Source: Lama glama
Taxonomy: Eukaryota
NCBI GenBank assembly: GCA_028534125.1
Contig: CM052817.1
Coordinates: 83,888,001-83,952,000 of the forward strand
DNA: 64,000 bases
Direction: 5' to 3'
Shown here one piece after another: positions 25,964-39,323 of this stretch. Both the position numbers and the translations under genes were made by a program. Each line of letters starts with the position of its first letter. The stretch's first letter is position 1. The notes beneath the pieces are model-generated. The model saw nothing but the letters and a program-made list of their open reading frames with translations, had not been told where the DNA came from and searched no databases.

Positions 25964-28839
25964 GGAGAACTCTTACTCCATCTTGTGGTGATATATAATT
26001 ATATCAATTACTCTTGCATTCCTAATAGTCACATGTGTCTAAACAACTCATGATTACTTTGTTAGGGCAATGCCTAACTGTGCTTAGTTATTAGTAAATA
26101 AATACAGTAACAGTGTTAAGATTTGTGTGTGGTTAAAGATAAAAATACTATTGCATTGAATTTTTTTGTCATTTCACTTAAAAGCTTGAAGTACTTCATT
26201 AGCATTATTTGTGATTAACTCTCAAAGATGTAAACAAGGCAAGAAAATTGTAAGATGCATCTATTTAAATGTCTAGCTAACCTAAGCTGTGTAGTTAAAT
26301 CCTGCCTGAAACATGAGAAACTTAAAACTTAAAACTAGATGGTACTCATGACTAGAACAAATTTTTGTCACGTAGCTAGCTGAATGGCAGAGCAAGGATT
26401 TAAACTTGAGTAGTCTGGCTCCAGACCTCAAGCTATTCATCTTAACCAGACTTTAACAGCTTGAAATCTTTAATAGCTTGAAATATTGGAACATATGAAC
26501 ACTGATTCTAAAATGCAACTGCAGTGATTCTTAACTATTATAAAATCAAGATTAGATTCTTGTGGTTAAGACTGTGAAGTTGTATCACAGGCATCTTCAG
26601 TAATGAATGGTCTAGTGGAATACTTACATGTATTAAGTTCTATATGGTAAATCCTCTTTGGTGGGGGGAATTGTGATTAGGGATAATATCATTTATGTGT
26701 TTAAATGTTTTCCTAGAATTAGGTAAGGTAAAATAAAAATGAAATATTTTATTCAGAATACAATTAGAAATTTTAGATTACATTAAGGTTATTATTGTCA
26801 ACTGAAGATACAATCAGAAATAATGGTATTCTATTCTTTAAAAAGCTTGAAGGAAATATGCCACATAGTTAATTAACAGGAAGCATCTCTAGCTTTGTAC
26901 CAGTTTATTGAATTCTTTATAATGAGCCTGTTTTTAACTTTGCCAGTTAAGATATGATTTGGTTAATAAAATGGTTTCTACCAATATACTATACATATTT
27001 GCTTCAGATTAAAAAGAGAATTTGCTGTTTGTTGTTTTGATTTCTTTTTTTCCAGGTAGTGAGTGTATCAAGTCTACAAAATTGAATACCTTTCTCAGGG
27101 TGTTTTAAGGTATGTTAGACTTTCATTGCAACATGAACGTAATCAAAGTACTGTAATGTTTTTAATATTAAAAATTTCTGGTTTCCAGTTGAATGCCCTT
27201 GAGTATAATCTAAGGTGAGACTGTCTTATAATGGATCAAGAGAAGGATTTTGAGAAGAAGGGTCTTTGAGGTCCCAAAATTTAATATGTAGAATTTTACG
27301 TATTTATGTATTCTTTGGAGGAGATAATCCAAAGCTTTTATCAGATTCCTACCAAGATTTATGATCTTAAATAAGTTTAATGACCACTGCTCTAGAAACA
27401 ACGTAGCTGATTTGTTAGAAACATGAATTGAATCCTGGTTCTTCTCACTAAGTTACAGTCCTTCAGCTACAAAATTGCCTTTACCTCATAGTGTTATAAA
27501 GATTAAATATAAAGTACTTAACACAGTATCTGGCGTTGAGTAAGCACTCAGTAAACACTAGCTATTATTGGGACTAAGAACTAGACCAGGCTATCTTCAG
27601 GTATGTGAAGATATTTTCTCCAATAGGCTATGAATATCATTTTAAATCTTCATGTGAAATAAACCTACCTAAAACAATTAATTAGTAAATAAAAGTCAGA
27701 TTCCTTGTGATTGTTTTGTTGTCCTAGGATAATAAAGTTATGAACACTTTTCTGCCCTAGTGGTGGCTCACTTACCTCCACGTGAGAAGTAGTAGGGTGC
27801 CTGGATGCTGCTATTTCTGCTGACTGTGAACAACCGACAAGGGTATGAATTCCGTGAAGTGGTCACCAGGTTATGAATCTAATTTATCATGTCTCACTTT
27901 TAGTTCTTCCCTCTTGTTTATTCAGTTAACAGTTTTGCTCATTGTATTTTCCCAACATCACCACAATCTTGTTACTTTTGCCTCATTTTAAATATCCAGT
28001 TCCTGAGCAGGATAGGAGAATCTACCTTTCCATGACCTCTCCCAGGCTCAGTGACAGTCCAGTGATCTCCCCTGCCACTTTCTTTCACTTTCTTTCACAT
28101 GAACCTTAGTATATAGTATAAGGAGCAAGGGAGGCACTGAAATATCTCACAAGTTTGTCAAAAACACACTGTTAGAAACTCCCTTTGGGTTGTCAAGGCA
28201 CTATGGTATAATGCGGTGGTCCTCAAGTTGGGGGTATGCCCAGGAGTACATAAATACTTTCAGAGTTTACATAGGCATAGATATTTCAAAGGAATTGATT
28301 TCTAAATTCTCAACTGCCATAAGAACTCTTTCCTAAAACTGATTTATCTGATGATATGCTCCAGTTCCTAAGTCTTTTTCCTACATTTTAAAAGAAATAT
28401 AGATTGCCCTTACCCATCCCAAATATTACTCTAGATGTGAAAAGTCATGTCAGGCCACACAAAAATGAAACCTTTAATGATTCATCGAGCTCTCATAAAT
28501 TCATAAGACTCGCTGAATTTCTCTACTTAATAAATATTTTTATTAAGGATAAGGCTTTGTGTGTATTTTTGGTTGGTTCATTGTGTTATTCAATGAGAGT
28601 TAGAACGTGTTTTTATCAGATTATATAAAATATGTACTACAGTTACTGCCAGTCCTCATCTTACTGCATCTGATAAAATGTTTTTAATTTTTCTACTTCC
28701 TATTTATAGGATATATTATTTTTAAAATAGCTGCCAAACAAATTTGTTTTTAGCAGATGAAAACCTTCTCTTTCATTAGATATCTTTAAAAAGTTGAATC
28801 ATGATTCTTCTCAAGATAAGCATTTCTAATAAAACTTGG

Positions 28840-29215
28840 TGGTGGAGATTGTCAAGCTGTTTATTCAGTCTATTTCTCCTTCCCCTGGTCACACTGCAAA
28901 ACGCATGCTCATCCTTCTGCTATTTTAGACTTGCTAGTATAACTGGTTCTGGATATTGGAAGGCAGAGAAGGTAAGGGGCACTACTTCAAGGCCTGCCCA
29001 GTGCTATCTCCACACTCATTCTTTCCTTTCTTGACTATGTGGAAACTACATGTGGAAGATAGCAGAGCCCCAAGATAAGAGGAATCTGTGTCCCTGAATC
29101 ACCACCTAGTCCCTTTTGGAACTCTATATCATCAAGAAATAGTCTTTTACTGTATTAAGCCATCAAGAACTTGACATTTATCTGTTACAGTAGTTAGTAT
29201 TACCTTAACTGATAA
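28840..29215 (+). mobile_element. Old MLT1-type LTR fragment
   Basis: AAGATAGCAGAGCC..AAGA...TCCCTGAATCACC and terminal TGTTACAGTAGTTAG...TAACTGATAA motifs. Confidence 0.55.
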
Positions 29216-31226
29216 TGAAAAATTTACTATTTATGTGTAATAATTACCAAAATGTGTATATATGTTATCTCGACCATTATTTATAATATTTGTAAGAATT
29301 CAATTGAGAAGAAAAAAATTTCAGTTAGAACCACTTATGGTCAGAGGAAAATAAATAAAATTTTTAATTATATATTTATTTTGGTTGTAGATACATATTT
29401 GATGTTCATTAAGACTTTCGAACATTGAAATGTATTAGGATAAAAATCTGGAGAAAATGGAATGGAAATATAAGTTCAAGGAGAAAAGAGAAAGGTATAA
29501 GTTTTCTAAATGTTAAAAAAGAGCTTGCTCCTACACTTCTAAAAATGGATATAAATGTTATATTTGTTGTATTTGTTATATCATTGAATTCACTTAAAAA
29601 GTGACGTAATTTTCTAAGTCAGTATTTATAATATGCTGGAAGTTATGACCTTTGAAACTACTAAAATGAAAAAATTTCAAACATCAACTTAAAATTTGTG
29701 GAAGATATATACATTTATGGAAATTATTTTAGGGGGTTTTCAAGGAAAAATGTTTAAAGACTGATGGGAGGGGGGAAAATGCAGACTTTGTAGTTAAGTG
29801 GTTCTGCATCCAAATTCTGATTCTGTGGGACACTGAATAAGTTAGGTTAACCCACCTTCCCTTTTTCTACTGCAATATTTAAATGAAAATACATGTAAAT
29901 TACTATCTGGCACTAACCTGCTCTTGCTTTTAAGACTCTTAAGTACTTCTAGAGAGGAGCTGAGTAGGGCGATTCAATTCCTTTGCTACTGTTACCAGTT
30001 GCTCATGTTGGAAGAGCAGACTGGAGGGAGGAAATGACTTTTCCCAGTATAAAATCCTGGAGGGTTTTTAGTTTCTGTTCTGTGGACTCTGGTAGGAATG
30101 CTGGCAAGAGGAAAGATTGGTTTCTTCTGTAAGCACCCAGCATTGCTGTCATCCAGGACTCTATTTGCTGCTCCTCACCTGTTCCAACTGATCTCTCCTA
30201 ATTCCCCTACATCACCTCGTCACACTGGTTTGATTACTGTTCCTGGTATACATTGCACAACTCTCTGCCTTGCAGTTTCCCTGGTCTCCCTTCCCCCACC
30301 CCACTGGTGCCCATTTGCCTTTTCAGGTCCAGATCAAGCTCTGCCTCCCACAGCCCCTTGCTCCTCTGAGCCATTTCAGAACTTATTCTCTGCCCCACCT
30401 TTGGCCCCCAACATGTGTTGCCTATCTTATGTTTCTCCTTATGGCTCTAGGCTCTAGTGCTTGTGTTTTTCAGCCCTAAAATCAATTAAGGAAGCTTAAC
30501 TTCGGAGTTGGAGGGGACCCCTATGGACTGCAATTATATAGTTTGTATGTGGGAAACCAAGATTTATAACTTTTGATACATTTTAACATCCCAAATCCAA
30601 TATAGAAGACAATGTGTGGTGCAGGGACTTAGATATCCCTTCCCAGGCTGTGGAACTTAGTGTGTAATGAGGGAAATTTAATCTCTCTCCCTGCTCCCAT
30701 CTCCTGTTTCCCAGGATACTATGGCAATTGTTTGTTCATAGATGCCCCATAAGCTTTTAGAGGCAGCTGAGAATTAAGTTGCTTATTAATTCATTTAGTC
30801 TTGACCTACATATGGTTGAATAATCACAGGGCCATCTGTCTTCCTTAATTAACATGCAGAGATGAGGAGATTTCTCCCTACCTTCTGTGGATCGCGTGTG
30901 AATCTTGTCAAGAGGGAACCAAAATGACTTGCTGCCAGAGTCCTGGCAATTGCTTATAAGTGAAACCAACAGTAAATGGGGGAGGGATTTTGTTGTTTTT
31001 GCTTGTTTTGTGTTTTTTAAAAGGCCTCCCGTTGTGACTAGCCTTTGCTGTTTCACCAGCCAAAGGCAGTCTCATAAATGAATAAGCAGTCCTATATTTC
31101 CTTTCAGGTTCAGGAGGTAGAATGAGAGATTTTCCCTGATGCCTGAGTTTTAGCTCCCACAGGCTTCCACATTTGTTACAGGGTACTTACACTTGCCTGC
31201 ATGAAATAGATTGACTAGAGCAGTTT

Positions 31227-31752
31227 TAAGGGAGGAAAAACCTTTTCCTACTTCTCTTCTAGGTTCTTTGCCTGTTCTAATAAATAGATGTAAAACAGAT
31301 TAACAAGAGGGGAAAAAAAGTTTGGTAATGTGTATACTTCCTGTATATATGCAGGATGCCCAGGAAAACTGAGTAACTCCCTGAAATGGTCAAAACCCTC
31401 ACCTTAAATACCATCTTCAACAAAAGACAAAATAAGATGTTGGTGGGGAGTCAGTTATGGGAGGTTACCAGGAAAAGCACAGTAATCAACAGTAAGATTG
31501 TTATGCAAATTTAAGTCCTTGCCTTCTCCACTGATAAGTCTTCCTAGAGATTTGGTCCTCCTCTGCCTGGTGTAGAGAGGGAGACAACATTATGAATATA
31601 AATTTTTCTTATAAATATAAATGTTTCTTACAAAAGTCTTTCTACCCAGTTTTCAGAGCTTCTCTCATGCCTGCTGTTTACCAGAAAATAACCAGCCTAA
31701 AGCAATATGCTAAAGAGATATATTTTAGGATGGCAAATTCTGCTCCACTACA
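31227..31752 (-). mobile_element. MER34-like ERV1 solo LTR (copy 1)
   Basis: On -, it starts TGTAGTGGAGCAGAATTTGCCATCCTAAAATATATCTCTTTAGCATA and is colinear with copy 2. Confidence 0.8.
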
Positions 31753-32049
31753 TATACCATGTCTGCCACACGTTTCATGTCACTTGAGCCTCATTATAGC
31801 CCCATGAGGTATGCAGAACAGGTGTATAATCTCCATTTTATAGATGAATGAAAATAAATTAACCCTTAGAGAGGTGAGATATTTGTTGAGGTCACTTCTT
31901 GTAAGTGCAGAGTTGGAACTAGAACCCTAATTCTGGTCTCCTTATGAAGTACTCTTACCAATATAGTACCCTGATGGGGTTTCTGTATACCCCTTAATTA
32001 CAGCACCATAATGTCACTACCATTTTTTCATAATGTGACCACAAGCTAT

Positions 32050-32585
32050 TGTAGGGGAGCAGAACTTACCACCCCAAAATATATCTCTTTGGCATATTAA
32101 TTGTTTTAGGCTGGTTATTTTCTGATAAACAGCAGACATAAGAAGGGCTCTGAAAACCAAGTAGGAGTTGCCTTTTGTAAGAAACTTACATTTTTAAGGG
32201 AAATCTCCATTTGTAAGGGTGTTACCCTCTGTATATCTGGAAGAGGAGAAGGACCAAATGAATCTCTAGGAGTTCTTATCAGTGGAGAAGGCAAGGACTT
32301 AAATCTGCATAACAGCCTTACCTTTGTTTACTCTGCTTTTCCTGGTAACCTCCCATAACTGTCTCTCCCCACCATCAACATTCTCTTTTGTCTTTAACTG
32401 GGGATGATATTTAAGTTAAGGGCCTTGGCCATTTTGGCGAGTTACTCAGTTTTCCTGGGTCTCTCCCATGTACACGTGTTACTAAACTTTGTTTGATTTT
32501 CTCCCGTTAATGTAGCTCATGTCAGTTTAATTCTTAGACCATCCTGAAGAACCCAGAAGGGGAGAGGAAATTTTATTCCTCCACA
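32050..32585 (+). mobile_element. MER34-like ERV1 solo LTR (copy 2, inverted relative to copy 1)
   Basis: TGTAGGGGAGCAGAACTTACCACCCCAAAATATATCTCTTTGGCATA...TTCCTCCACA. Confidence 0.8.
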
Positions 32586-32734
32586 AAACTGCATTAGATC
32601 TCTAAAAGTGCAGAGTAGACCAGCTAGACCAAAAAGATATTGACTGGGACCTCGCCAAAGTTGAAGAACTATGAGATAGCATGAGTTTGAGTTTTCTCTT
32701 GAAAGTGACCACCACGTATTCAAGTCCATGTGTA

Positions 32735-34295
32735 TACTACCAAAAGAACCTTGAAAAAGAAAACAAAGTTGGAAGACTCACGCTTACCAATTTCAAAATG
32801 TACTACAAAGCTATAATCAAAACATGGTACTGGCACACAGATGGACATATAGACCAATGGAATTGGATAGAGAGCCTAGAAACAAACTCTCATATATAGT
32901 CAATTTTTAACAGAAGTGCCAACACTATTCAATGGGGAAAGGACCATCTTTTCAAGAAATGGTGCTGAGAAAACTGGATAGCCAACATATAGGATAATGA
33001 AGCTGAACCTCTCCTGTATATCATATACAAAAATTAACTCAGAATATATATATATATAGGGGAAAATCTTCATGACTTTGGATTAGACAATGATTTGAGC
33101 ATGACACCAAAAGCATTGTCAACCAAATATATAGATAAATTGAAGTTCTTCAAAATTAAGAAATTTAGTGCATCAAATGATACTATGAAAAGACTGAAAA
33201 GACAGCCTACAGAGTGGTGAAACTATTTACAAATCATAAATCTGATAAAGGATTAATAATCCAGAATATATAAAGAACTCCTAAAACTCAACAACGAAAA
33301 CAACCTGACTTGGAGGGGAGAGTATAGCTCAGTGGCAGAGTGCATGCTTAGCATGCACGAGGTCCTAGGTTCAATCCCTATTACCTCCATTAACAAATAA
33401 TCCTAATCTGCTCCCCCTCCCAAAAAAGATAAAATACTTGTCTTTAAAATGGATATATATATACACACACATATATATAAAAATGAGCAAAAGACTTGAA
33501 TAGACATTTCACCAAAGAAGATAAGCAAATAGTGGATAAACCATGACCAACATCATTAGTCACTAGGGAAATGCAAATCAAAATCACAATGAAGACACCA
33601 CTCATACCCATTAGGATGGCTATTATAAAAACAAAAATCCAAAAAAAAAAAAAAAAAGAAAAATAACAAGTGTTAGGATGTGAAGAAATTAGAACCCTGT
33701 GCATTGCTGGCAGAAATGGTGCAACTGCTTTGGAGAACATCTTGGCAGTTTTGCAAAATGTTAAACATTGGATTACCATTGAGACCCAACTCTTCTACTT
33801 CTGGGTATATACCTAAAAGAAACACGGTCTCAAATATATACCTGTACACCAATGTTCATAGCAGCATTATTCACAATAGCCCAATGTTCACTGACAGCTG
33901 AATGGACAAAATGTGGTTTATCCATGTAATGGAATATATTATTTAGTCATAAAAAGGAATTCTGATACATGCTACAGAATAGTTGAACCTAGAAAACATT
34001 ATGCTAAGTGAAAGAAGCCAGGCACAAAAGGACAGATATTGTATGATTCCAGTCAGATGAGGCTCCTATAATAGGCAAATTCATAGAAACTAAAACAGAG
34101 GTTACCAGGGGCTAGGGGGAGAAAGAATGAGGAGTTTTACTGGTAAATGGGTATAAGGTCTCTGTTTGGGTTGATAAAAAAGTTTTGAAGACAGTTATGC
34201 AATATTGTGAATGTACATAATGCCACTGAATAAACTTTAAAATGGCTAAAATGGTACATTTTAATGCCATATATATTCTACCACTATAAAAAAAG
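32735..34295 (+). mobile_element. L1 (L1MB-like) ORF2 C-terminus and 3'UTR
   Basis: ORF remnant [44 protein letters not shown]; terminal A-tail. Confidence 0.88.
33312..33430 (+). mobile_element. vic-1-like SINE nested in L1
   Basis: TATAGCTCAGTGGCAGAGTGCATGCTTAGCATGCACGAGGTCCTAGGTTCAATCCC, tRNA-Ala(AGC)-like head plus tail. Confidence 0.88.
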
Positions 34296-35364
34296 ATTTA
34301 AGAATAAATGATGGGCTAAGTGCTTTACAGCGAGGGAGAAGCAGAAACTCATAATTGCTCAGAAAATAGTCAAATAAAAAGTTAGCTGAAAAGAGGCAGA
34401 CAGAACTTGAGTGGCTGAAACCAAGAGCAGTGAGTTGGAGACACCATCATGGAGAAGACAGGAATAAGAAGAGGAAAGAGAGCCAAAAGATACTGAGTAC
34501 TCATTATTTACCAGACTTGAAAAACTTTCATATACTTTTTTCATTTCAGCCTCAATTGTGTGGTAGGTACTGTTATTAACCTAATGTTTTGTGTGAGGAA
34601 ACTGAATTTTAGGTTAATAGCTTGCTCAAGACTGAGTGGCAGAGCCAGAATTTATAACCAGTCTATCACCTCTAGAACTCATACTCTTATTTTGTTGATC
34701 TCAATTTTTTCGGTTAAAAACAGAAACAACAATGTCCACCACACAAGCTTATCGTAAGGGTTAAATAAGGATTTTTTTTAGCTCGAAAATTCTAAATATA
34801 TCTAAAGATTTTGTATTCTTTGATGGCTCTATCCTCTAAAGTGCTCTGTACCCTAGTGGGTGTTTCACTTAGTGGATGGTTCTCATACTCTTCCACCATT
34901 TTTGAATTTCTCAATGCCAAAGACTCTTTCTTATTCATTGTTTTGGACAGGATTTAAACTAGAGCAATGACTGTCAGAACAGAAGATGGAATTTAGAGAA
35001 ATAGGCAGAATCTCTGTGTGGATTGTTCCAAAACCTTCCCTAATTCCTACCATACCAAGCGTTATCATTGCCCTCACTGCCCTCACCATCTTGGACGTTA
35101 TTATCATCATTAACCACAGCAGTGACAACCCCAGTAGCAACGGACGTGTTATCAGAGCCTAACAGGTGCAAGCTACTAGCCAGAGCTACAAATAAAAGTT
35201 TAAACCTCTGCTTAAAGCATCCCTTCCACTCTTCACTGTCCTGTCCTTCAATGCTAGACATTCCTTTCATAAATGCTCCTTTAATTGTGTCACTCAGTGT
35301 TGCCGAAAAGAAACTCCTTAGCATTTAGACCTTCCAAATTGGTATCTTGATATATTTAAAAAAA

Positions 35365-35383
35365 GTGTGTGTGTGTGTATGTA

Positions 35384-35415
<32 letters not shown>

Positions 35416-35432
35416 CACATACATATATATAT
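35365..35432. repeat. Compound (TG)n/(TA)n microsatellite
   Basis: Direct reading. Confidence 0.9.
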
Positions 35433-35611
35433 ATTAGAATAGACATTACATTCACTTAGCTTAAAATTCACATTAGTATTTGGAAAAAAGTCTTTCTTCC
35501 CACCTGTTTCTCCCAGTTCCCCCATTCATTTCCTGGTTACCCTTCCAGAAGGTTTCTCAGAGGGTTTCTAAACATGCCATTAGAAAAAAAATATGTATAT
35601 GTACATACATA

Positions 35612-36372
35612 CATTTTTTTTTCTAAAGCAGTTTTAGCTTTACAACAAAATTGAGAAGGGGAAGGTATAGAGATTTTCCATATGCCCCCTGCCCATACAC
35701 ATGCACAGCCTCCCCCATTATCAGCATCACTCACTAGAATGGTACTTTTTTTTTTTTAACCAAGGATGAATGTATATTGACATATAGTCATCCAGAGTCC
35801 GTAGTTTAACTTAGAGTTAACTCTTAGTGTTGTACAGTCTATGGGTTTGAACAAATGTATGACATGTATCCATCATTATAATATCATATAGAGTATTTCA
35901 CTGTCTAAAAATCCTCAAATCCACCTATTTATCCCTCCCCCAACTGTGGCAACCACTGATCTTTTTACTGTTTCCATAGTTCTATCTTTTCCAAAATGTC
36001 ATATTGTTAGAATTATGCAGTATGTAGCCTTTTCAGATTGTATTCTTTCACTTAGTAATATGTATTTAAGATTCCTTCATGTCTTTTCATGGCTTGATAG
36101 CTCATTTATTTTCAGCACTGAATAATATTCCATTGGATGTACCACAATTTGTTTATTCGCTCACCTACTGAAGGACAGCTTGGTTGCTTCTAAGTTTTGA
36201 CAATTAGAAATAAAGCTGCTACAAATATCTAAGTGTAGCATTTTGTGTGGACATAAATTTTCAGCTTCTTTGGGTAAGTACCAAGGATGGTGATTGCTAG
36301 ATTGTATAGTAAGAGTTGGTTTGGTTTTATAAGTTCCAAACTGTCTCCCAAAGTGGCTGTACCATTTTGCTA
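35612..36372 (-). mobile_element. Third L1MC1-like 3' end
   Basis: Same motifs as the gap-flanking copies (CTCTTAGTGTTGTACA, CCACCTATTTATCCCTCCCC) but clearly diverged from them. Confidence 0.8.
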
Positions 36373-38860
36373 AACATTCCTTTTTAATGTTCTCCACACC
36401 ACTAGCAGTTTTCCCAGTGGATCATCTCAAGACTCCAAATACGCCTTTATTGTTTCTTCCTACCTAGTATGTCCTCCTTCTCCCACTTAAAATCTATTAA
36501 GTCAAAAAATATTAAGGACTTATCCAAGAAGCATACATTTTGTGATTTAGTGACTAATAAAAAGAAAAGGGGGAGAGAGGAAGGAACTAACTTCTATATT
36601 TTGGCTCAGGAAGTCAGGAGGTGACACTAGAATGTTTTTGTTGTTATTAAACAGTGGAAGTGACTTTTCTTTCACACTTGCTTAAAAACAAGCAAAGCTC
36701 TGAAAGTCCAATACCTTTTTTTTTTTAAAAAAACTCTTTACAATCACACTCTAACACCATTAAGTGTCTGTCTAGAGGGACTAATTGCAGTTTGGCTTAT
36801 TTGATGAGATTTGGTGAATCCCATTTCCCTTGAGAGGAGCAGCCATCAAAATGATCTGATTCCTAAGAAGATTAATAACATTCTGGTTCCCTGAGGATTA
36901 TTATGTATAAAAGAGCTGTCGAGTGAAGGCAGGGGAGGGGCACTGGCCCCATGGGGAGCAGTTGTCTTCCTGCCCAGCAGCCTCTCAGGTCACCCCTGAA
37001 GGAATGGTTAACAGAGGTTGCAAGAAACACCTGATGTTAGGATGCCTATCATTTACTCAATTGATAGCCTCTGGGAAACCTGAGACTGGTCAGGTAAGCC
37101 ACTTTTGTGGATAACATTCTTTTTCTGAAAACTGAAAAGCACTAAATGGAGTGAAAATTATCTGTCAGATATAACTCACCAGCTAGGAAGACGTATGTGT
37201 GCATCATAGGAAGATGTCATTCTAGTTCAAGAACTCCTCAAAATATCAATTCTTTTTTGGTATTTTTAAAATGTATATTTTCCTATTTCGTTCTATAAAG
37301 GAATTGAGATTATTTACAAGAAATTTAACCTTATGATAAATGGTTTATCAAAATAAAACTATTGGTTTAAACAAAAGATTTAAAGCTAGGATTGCAAGCA
37401 GATTTATAAGTCACGAAGTAGTTTATGGTTACTAAAACTGGGCTGCAAATAACTTTTTGAGCTGCTTAATAGCCGAGGTAAAAAGAGAAAAATGATAAGT
37501 TGAAACTTCACAGTCCACACAACATTGTAAACTGATTATACTTAAATAAGAAAAACAAAAACAAACAAACAAACAAAACTTCGTGGTCCATTAAAATGAT
37601 AACAGTTCAGTTTCAAAGGGGAAAGGAAACTGTTCTTGTTACTTAGGCCTATAAGACGTGTGTGTGGGTTTTCGAGTGTGGGTTTTCATATGTGGGCATC
37701 AAGTGCCACATGGACATTTTTGACAACATTCCTCAATAAACAAAGTACTAGGTTCTGTCAGTAGTTTCCTCCACCATTCCTCTGTGTACACCAAAGATGT
37801 AACAGTATATGTAATTCAGAAAGGTGATCCAAAGGAAGACAGTAGATTCCATATGCATTCCTGTGATAATCCAGGGAGTAAAAGCTGAGATATCTAAGGA
37901 GATGAAGTAACTGTACATTCTTTAGGATATCCTCTTTGCACTTTTCTTTCAGTTGGACTTTTGATAAAGGTTGATCTGGAGCCTGGTAGTTGTGTTAATT
38001 AACTAGATGGGAGGAATCCTTTCACCATTATGATTTTAAATATCTTACAATTTTATATGTCAACTCCATCTCAATAGAGCTGAATTTTTTTTTAAGTTGA
38101 GAGAATTCAGTGCATAAAATTTTGCATGGGCTGACATTCAGATATTTTCCATAGTTGTCTAAGAGAAGATCCATAGCATAGACTTTCAGAATCAATCAAG
38201 AATGGGAGGGACGGAAGGGCACCGAAATAGCCCCATTGGGAGAACATTAGACTGAAAAATGGGAGGGATGGCAACCTTTATAAAAACTGAGGGCCTGGTT
38301 TCACAAGCATAATTTTGATTGCAACTTCCAGGAAGCCCAACCAAAATAGCCTAAAGACTTAGATAATTTATTTTAATATTTATTTCCTAAAATTTCATGT
38401 AAAGTTATAAATTTCCTTTTAAGTATCACAAAGATGAATTTCATAGATTTTAGCATATACATAGTGTTTCCATTCCAGAGCTATAAAAGTGACTCATATT
38501 TAGTAATATTTTTCAGTTTCTAAACAAAAGAGATTTTTAAAAGGTATCCTTTGGTTAATTTCTAAGTTTATTATATTATGGTAGGATAATTTAGTCTGCA
38601 TAGCAATCCTTCAGAATTATTTAGACTTCTGTTTTTCCTAATGCATGAAATATTTTTGTAAATCTTTCATGTGTTCTTGAAAGTATATTCTCTGTTGAAT
38701 GTAGGTTTTTATATAATAGCTTGAGCTTATTAAATGCATTGTTTAGGTCTTAGATATAGGAGTTGTACGGAACTTTGATAAGGAAATTTTGAATTGATTA
38801 AATTTAAATCAAACTTATTTTTTTGGTATTGACTGCAATTATGGTTTCAATTACCAGGGT

Positions 38861-39323
38861 TTTATCAGTTATCTATTGCTGCACAGCAAATCATCCCAAA
38901 ATTTAATGGCTCAAAAAGCTATTGTTCATCTGCTCATAGTTTCTATGGGCTGACAATGAGCTGGGTTTAGCTGGAGAGGCTCTTCTGCCATTCTTGCCTG
39001 AGGTCACTCATGCAGCTGCTGCTCTCTGGGGATTGCCTGGGGCTGGACAATCTAAGGTCCTCACTCACAGTTCTGGTGCCTCAGCTGGTGTGGTTGGGCC
39101 TCTTTCTCTACATCTTCACAGAATGGTGTAAGCTTTCCAAGAGGATAAGAGCAGAAGCTACAGGGCCTCTTGAGGCTGGGCTCAGAAATCACCTGGCACT
39201 TCCACTACGTTCTTTTGGTCAAAGCAATTCACAGGGCTAGTCCAGATTCAGGGAGTGGAGAAATAGGTTTCACCTCATTGTGAGGAGCTACAAAGAAATT
39301 GGGGCCACTTTACATCCAACACA
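38861..39323 (-). mobile_element. MLT1-type MaLR solo LTR
   Basis: TATCAGTTATCTATTGCTGCACAGCAAATCATCCCAAAATTTAATGGC motif; CCAGATTCAGGGAGTGGAGAAATAG. Confidence 0.75.

Noticed and set aside
27752..27767. Second CTCF-like motif (GCCACCACTAGGGCAG on -)
   Set aside because: The core is two bases short of the consensus spacing.
31227..32585. Deleted provirus with two LTRs
   Set aside because: The LTRs are inverted rather than direct, and the spacer shows MIR sequence, with no recognisable PBS, PPT or internal ERV sequence.
33318..33389. tRNA-Ala(AGC) gene (also at 54661-54738)
   Set aside because: Stem mismatches, SINE tail, flanking duplications and multiple dispersed copies indicate a SINE head.
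35580..35625. Palindrome TAGAAAAAAAA...TTTTTTTTTCTA
   Set aside because: Low-complexity A/T runs at an L1 tail; not informative.
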